Assembly: GCA_018992565.1 (NCBI GenBank)
Contig: JACVGW010000003.1
Span: forward strand, 178 to 64,177
DNA: 64,000 nt
Origin: Theionarchaea archaeon
Lineage (GTDB): Archaea; Methanobacteriota_B; Thermococci; Methanofastidiosales; SZ-28-30
Direction: 5' to 3'
The notes beneath the pieces are model-generated. The model worked only from the letters and a program-made list of their open reading frames with translations. It was not told the origin of the DNA and did not search any database. A program made the translations under genes and the position numbers. The stretch's first letter is position 1. Each line of letters opens with the position of its first letter. This document shows, piece after piece, positions 60,616-64,000 of this stretch.

Positions 60616-61683
60616 ATGGTATGGCGCTACCTTGAAGTGAGAGAACGTGAGGTGCCCAGGTGCAACGCAATTCATGCTGTTCTTGCCAAGGGCATCAATC
60701 AAGGGATAACTCCCAACACCGTCTTTCTGGAAGAATGCCCTGGCTATGTCCTGTCTCTGGGAAGGAACCAGTGCCCTGAAGAAGAGATAAGTATTGACGC
60801 ATGCAGAGCCCTGAATGTGAAGATTGAGCGGAGGGACACTGGAGGAGGAGCAGGGCTCATGGTTCCCGGATCCACCTCATGGGGAGTCTGCGTTGATATT
60901 ACAGATCCTGTGGTCACTCACGACATGAACGAGAACATGAGACGGCTATCCCACGGAGTTGTGAGGGGTCTCCAGATTCTGGGACTGAATGCCTACTTCT
61001 CTGAGGTCAATGACATTGATGTTGACGGGAAGAAAATTGGAGGAATCACTGCTTTGATGAGAGGAAAAGCTCTCCTGATCTATGGTTCTGTGCTTTCAGA
61101 TTTTGATGTGGACAAGTGGACACGTATCTCAAGGAGTCCACCAGTTAAGTTGGAGAAAAAGGGAGTCTCTTCAATACGAAAGAGAGTCACGACTCTCACG
61201 CAGGAACTGGGAAGGAGTATATCTCCTTCAGACGTGAGAAAAGCTCTCATTAAAGGATATGAAGAAAGTCTCAATACGACTCTTCAGAAAAAAGGACTAT
61301 CACCTGCTGAACAGGAAATCTGGGAAGAAGAAATCAACCGGTTTTCCTCACCGGATTTCATTTTGAGACCACGACACCCATGTAGGCTGAGGCTGGGAAA
61401 ATATGTCCACCCTGCAGAAAAAGGGATCATCATTGTCTCTGTCTATCTGCTTGAAAATAAGATAGCCGATATTGGCATGTCTGGAGATTTCATGCAGATT
61501 TCTGATTTTGACTTTGACGAACTGGCAGGCTCATTATTTGGCCTCCCTGCAGAAAAAGAATATATTTATGAAAAAGTGATGGACTTCTTCCACACGAGAA
61601 ATGTGACTCTCTTGGGAGTCACGCCAGAAGACTTTGCCCATGCAATCATGGGTGCTGTATCATCGTTTCAAGAAGCTGGCTGA
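60616..61683 (+). CDS. lplA: Lipoate-protein ligase A family
   Basis: LGRNQ, RRDTGGGA, VNDIDVDGKKIGG; C-terminal SGDF domain. Confidence 0.9.
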   Translation: MVWRYLEVREREVPRCNAIHAVLAKGINQGITPNTVFLEECPGYVLSLGRNQCPEEEISIDACRALNVKIERRDTGGGAGLMVPGSTSWGVCVDITDPVVTHDMNENMRRLSHGVVRGLQILGLNAYFSEVNDIDVDGKKIGGITALMRGKALLIYGSVLSDFDVDKWTRISRSPPVKLEKKGVSSIRKRVTTLTQELGRSISPSDVRKALIKGYEESLNTTLQKKGLSPAEQEIWEEEINRFSSPDFILRPRHPCRLRLGKYVHPAEKGIIIVSVYLLENKIADIGMSGDFMQISDFDFDELAGSLFGLPAEKEYIYEKVMDFFHTRNVTLLGVTPEDFAHAIMGAVSSFQEAG

Positions 61684-62104
61684 CCAGGCGCGCAGCCTCA
61701 GGGACTGCGTTCTTCACGGGCTCAGTAGGTGATTCAGAAAAAGTATCTGTATCTGAGACTTCAATCCCCACCACGACAATGCGGGAAGGCATTTCTTCAG
61801 GAAACAGGACCTTTCCAAGGCGGATAGCTTCAGAAAACGATACATCATGACTGGAAGATGTGTGAAGTGCCCTCGGAACCTGCACTTCATTCAGGATAGA
61901 AACGGTCCCGGGGGGATCGCCGAGCTTCACAGCATCCACAATAATCACCACATCATATCCTCGAATATAATCAAGCAAGGAGAATCCACCCACAGAAGCC
62001 TCTACAATTTCAGCAGGCGCACCTTCCAGTTCCCTCGCCACAAGAATTCCCACAGCATCATCAGTCAAAATTGGATTTCCGATACCCATGACCAGTATCT
62101 TCAT
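61646..62104 (-). CDS. Hydrogenase maturation protease
   Basis: GIGNPILTDDAVG, IVDAV, SSH. Confidence 0.92.
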   Translation of the reverse strand: MKILVMGIGNPILTDDAVGILVARELEGAPAEIVEASVGGFSLLDYIRGYDVVIIVDAVKLGDPPGTVSILNEVQVPRALHTSSSHDVSFSEAIRLGKVLFPEEMPSRIVVVGIEVSDTDTFSESPTEPVKNAVPEAARLVSQLLETMIQHP

Positions 62105-62529
62105 TTTTTGTCCTTCTCTACTGCTCTGATTTCTGCTTCCAGCCAGTGACGTATTTCATCGTGATCTGACATCAAGCACCCCAGGTCGTCAAGGGAATCC
62201 GGCCTCACCAGAATAAGCCACCCCTCACCGTAAGGATCATCATGTACCGGAGAAGGGGCATCCAGGAGCGAGGCATTCATCTCCACGACCTCTGCAGAGA
62301 CAGGCATGAACATCTCCCCAACCCATTTCCCTGACTCCACTGTACCGAAGATTTCATCTTTTTCGAAGCGTTTTCCCTTCTGTGGAATATCCACGTATTC
62401 GATCTTTCCTGCGAGCTTCACTGCAAAATCTATGACACCTATCCTGAGAAGATCTCCCTCCTGACGCACCCATGCATACTCTTTTGAATAGAGCAGGTCA
62501 TCAGGCATGTCGTAGTCTCCAACCTTCAT
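62101..62529 (-). CDS. gcvH: GcvH-like lipoyl carrier protein
   Basis: VESGKWV lipoyl-Lys motif and DPYGEGWL. Confidence 0.88.
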   Translation of the reverse strand: MKVGDYDMPDDLLYSKEYAWVRQEGDLLRIGVIDFAVKLAGKIEYVDIPQKGKRFEKDEIFGTVESGKWVGEMFMPVSAEVVEMNASLLDAPSPVHDDPYGEGWLILVRPDSLDDLGCLMSDHDEIRHWLEAEIRAVEKDKK

Positions 62530-63265
62530 GAAGCGATGTATGACACGATCTATAAAAAGATGCTGGTACCAGTAGAAGGGAGCCACTTGCTCATAGGTGA
62601 CTGCGGTCCTATCCGGAACCCAGCAATCGACAAGGGAATGCCTGTCATATGATCAGAACTTGTATAGCAGATACCCTTCTCTGTAGGGATGCTTCAAAAG
62701 AGACAATCCTCATAACCCATTTACCCTCATGATACTGTCCTCCAGATGTGAACGCCTGCATTCAGTGTACCACAGGAAGGACAATTCTGTAAGAAGAGGA
62801 AAATCAGCTATACAAAATTTTCACCAGGGTCTTATCTGGAAGGAATATCTCAAAAACACAGAATAGAAGGAAGACCAAATTACGCATTTAAGAAACCCAA
62901 AGATTTATAAAGCAAATGATTCCCATAGTAGATGATTGGGAGGGTAAATCCCCCAGAGGCTCAACAAACTATTGCCCCCATATTCTCCTTCTTAAACACG
63001 AGGCCTCTCAAGTGGAGAGCCCATATCCCAATCAATATACAGAGTCAAGTCAACAGATTCTCCAGAATCCTTTCATTCCAGCTCTTTTACGGCAAGAGGA
63101 TTGATTGATTCACCATATTGAATTCATTGTATGATCCAGAGAGGCATATGGACAGATCTCTTTACAGGACTTCTCTCCTTGACTATTCTACCTGGCTCCG
63201 TGGGGCTGCAATAAAAGAACCTGAGAACCGTAATCTATAAATATTGTTCTTTAAAAAGAGAAACC

Positions 63266-63970
63266 ATGATAAAGGTGAAAACAGGTGTTGCTGGATTGGA
63301 CAAAATGTTGAACGGTGGTCTCATTGCAGGACGACCCTATCTCGTTTCGGGTGTCCCCGGTGCAGGGAAGTCTATTTTCGGGATGCAGTTTCTCATGCAG
63401 GCTGTCCAGGAAGGGAAGAGTGGTGTCTACATCACCATGGAGGAGAGAAGGAGGGGACTGAAGCAGAATTTCGAAGTCTTTGGCTGGGATATTGACAAGG
63501 TCCGTGTTGTGGAAGCCACTCCTGAGCTGGGCAACAATATGTGGGAAATCAGAGCCGAAGCGTCCTTCATCAACATGACGCTTAACATGAACAACCTCAC
63601 TGACACTATCAAACAGCATCTGGTCTCAGGTGTTGATAGGATCGTGCTGGACTCTATAACTACGCTCAAGATGCTGTATCCCTCCGAAGTGGATGCCAGA
63701 AGGGAGATTCTGTCCATGATCCACTTTTTGACAGATACTGGCTGCACATCCTTGCTCCTGGCAGAGAAATGGGATGATGGAAGATCAATGGAAAGCTTCC
63801 TGGCTGAAGGATCAATCGAATTGCGAATTATCGAAGAAAAAGGGATAAAAAAGAGGGCCCTTGAGATCAAGAAAATGCGAGGGACTGATTTTGATGAGCA
63901 GTGGAGACCCATGAAAATCACCAATCGAGGCATCATCGTTTATGCGGACGAGGCGCTGTTCAAGCCGTGA
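63266..63970 (+). CDS. KaiC-like/RAD55 RecA-superfamily ATPase (single domain)
   Basis: TGVAGLDKMLNGG, GVPGAGKS, YITMEE, RIVLDS, KMRG. Confidence 0.92.
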   Translation: MIKVKTGVAGLDKMLNGGLIAGRPYLVSGVPGAGKSIFGMQFLMQAVQEGKSGVYITMEERRRGLKQNFEVFGWDIDKVRVVEATPELGNNMWEIRAEASFINMTLNMNNLTDTIKQHLVSGVDRIVLDSITTLKMLYPSEVDARREILSMIHFLTDTGCTSLLLAEKWDDGRSMESFLAEGSIELRIIEEKGIKKRALEIKKMRGTDFDEQWRPMKITNRGIIVYADEALFKP

Positions 63971-64000
63971 TACCATGTTTGAAGTGGCCATTTCTTTGAA

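Noticed and set aside
62600..63250. Small ORFs in the gap before the KaiC-like gene
   Set aside because: A TATA-like site exists near 62903, but the candidate ORFs have no recognisable features.
1..64000. CRISPR arrays, IS elements, integrases, rRNA genes and the many antisense ORFs in the track
   Set aside because: No regularly spaced repeats, transposase or integrase motifs, or rRNA signatures were seen; the antisense ORFs overlap well-supported genes.

Overview
This is a gene-dense archaeal window, shown by topoisomerase VI A/B, GGGP synthase, rpl40e, tsr3, BRE-TATA promoters and GGAGGTGA Shine-Dalgarno (SD) sites. The many peptide transporters, secreted proteases and Cys-containing C-terminal anchors suggest a peptide-fermenting euryarchaeon, possibly Theionarchaea/Thermococci-like (inference only). 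It holds a MoxR/DUF58 operon, two full Opp/Dpp ABC operons plus an orphan binding protein, a BlaI/M56 regulatory pair, an ECF module, clostripain- and caspase-like secreted proteases, three radical SAM enzymes, TldD/TldE and housekeeping genes. Main finds: (1) an unannotated 26-aa ORF, MVFKADEVEETDSKYKFKFKFKFKFH (50677-50757), with its own promoter, SD and terminator. It lies between a B12-dependent RiPP-type radical SAM plus a SPASM radical SAM on one side and a TldD/TldE protease pair on the other, making it a candidate new archaeal RiPP system. (2) A beta-propeller/archaeosortase fusion sits next to binding proteins that carry a GGG-x-CLG C-terminal sorting signal. (3) Two OppA paralogues are circularly permuted. 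(4) A TACYAY-N5-RTAGTA operator family links the BlaI-like regulator to the oppA promoters, and a 20-nt element in the oppA3 leader is antisense to the oppA2 ribosome-binding site (RBS). No rRNA, tRNA, CRISPR array or mobile element was recognised. All family calls come from motif recognition by eye; no database searches were run.
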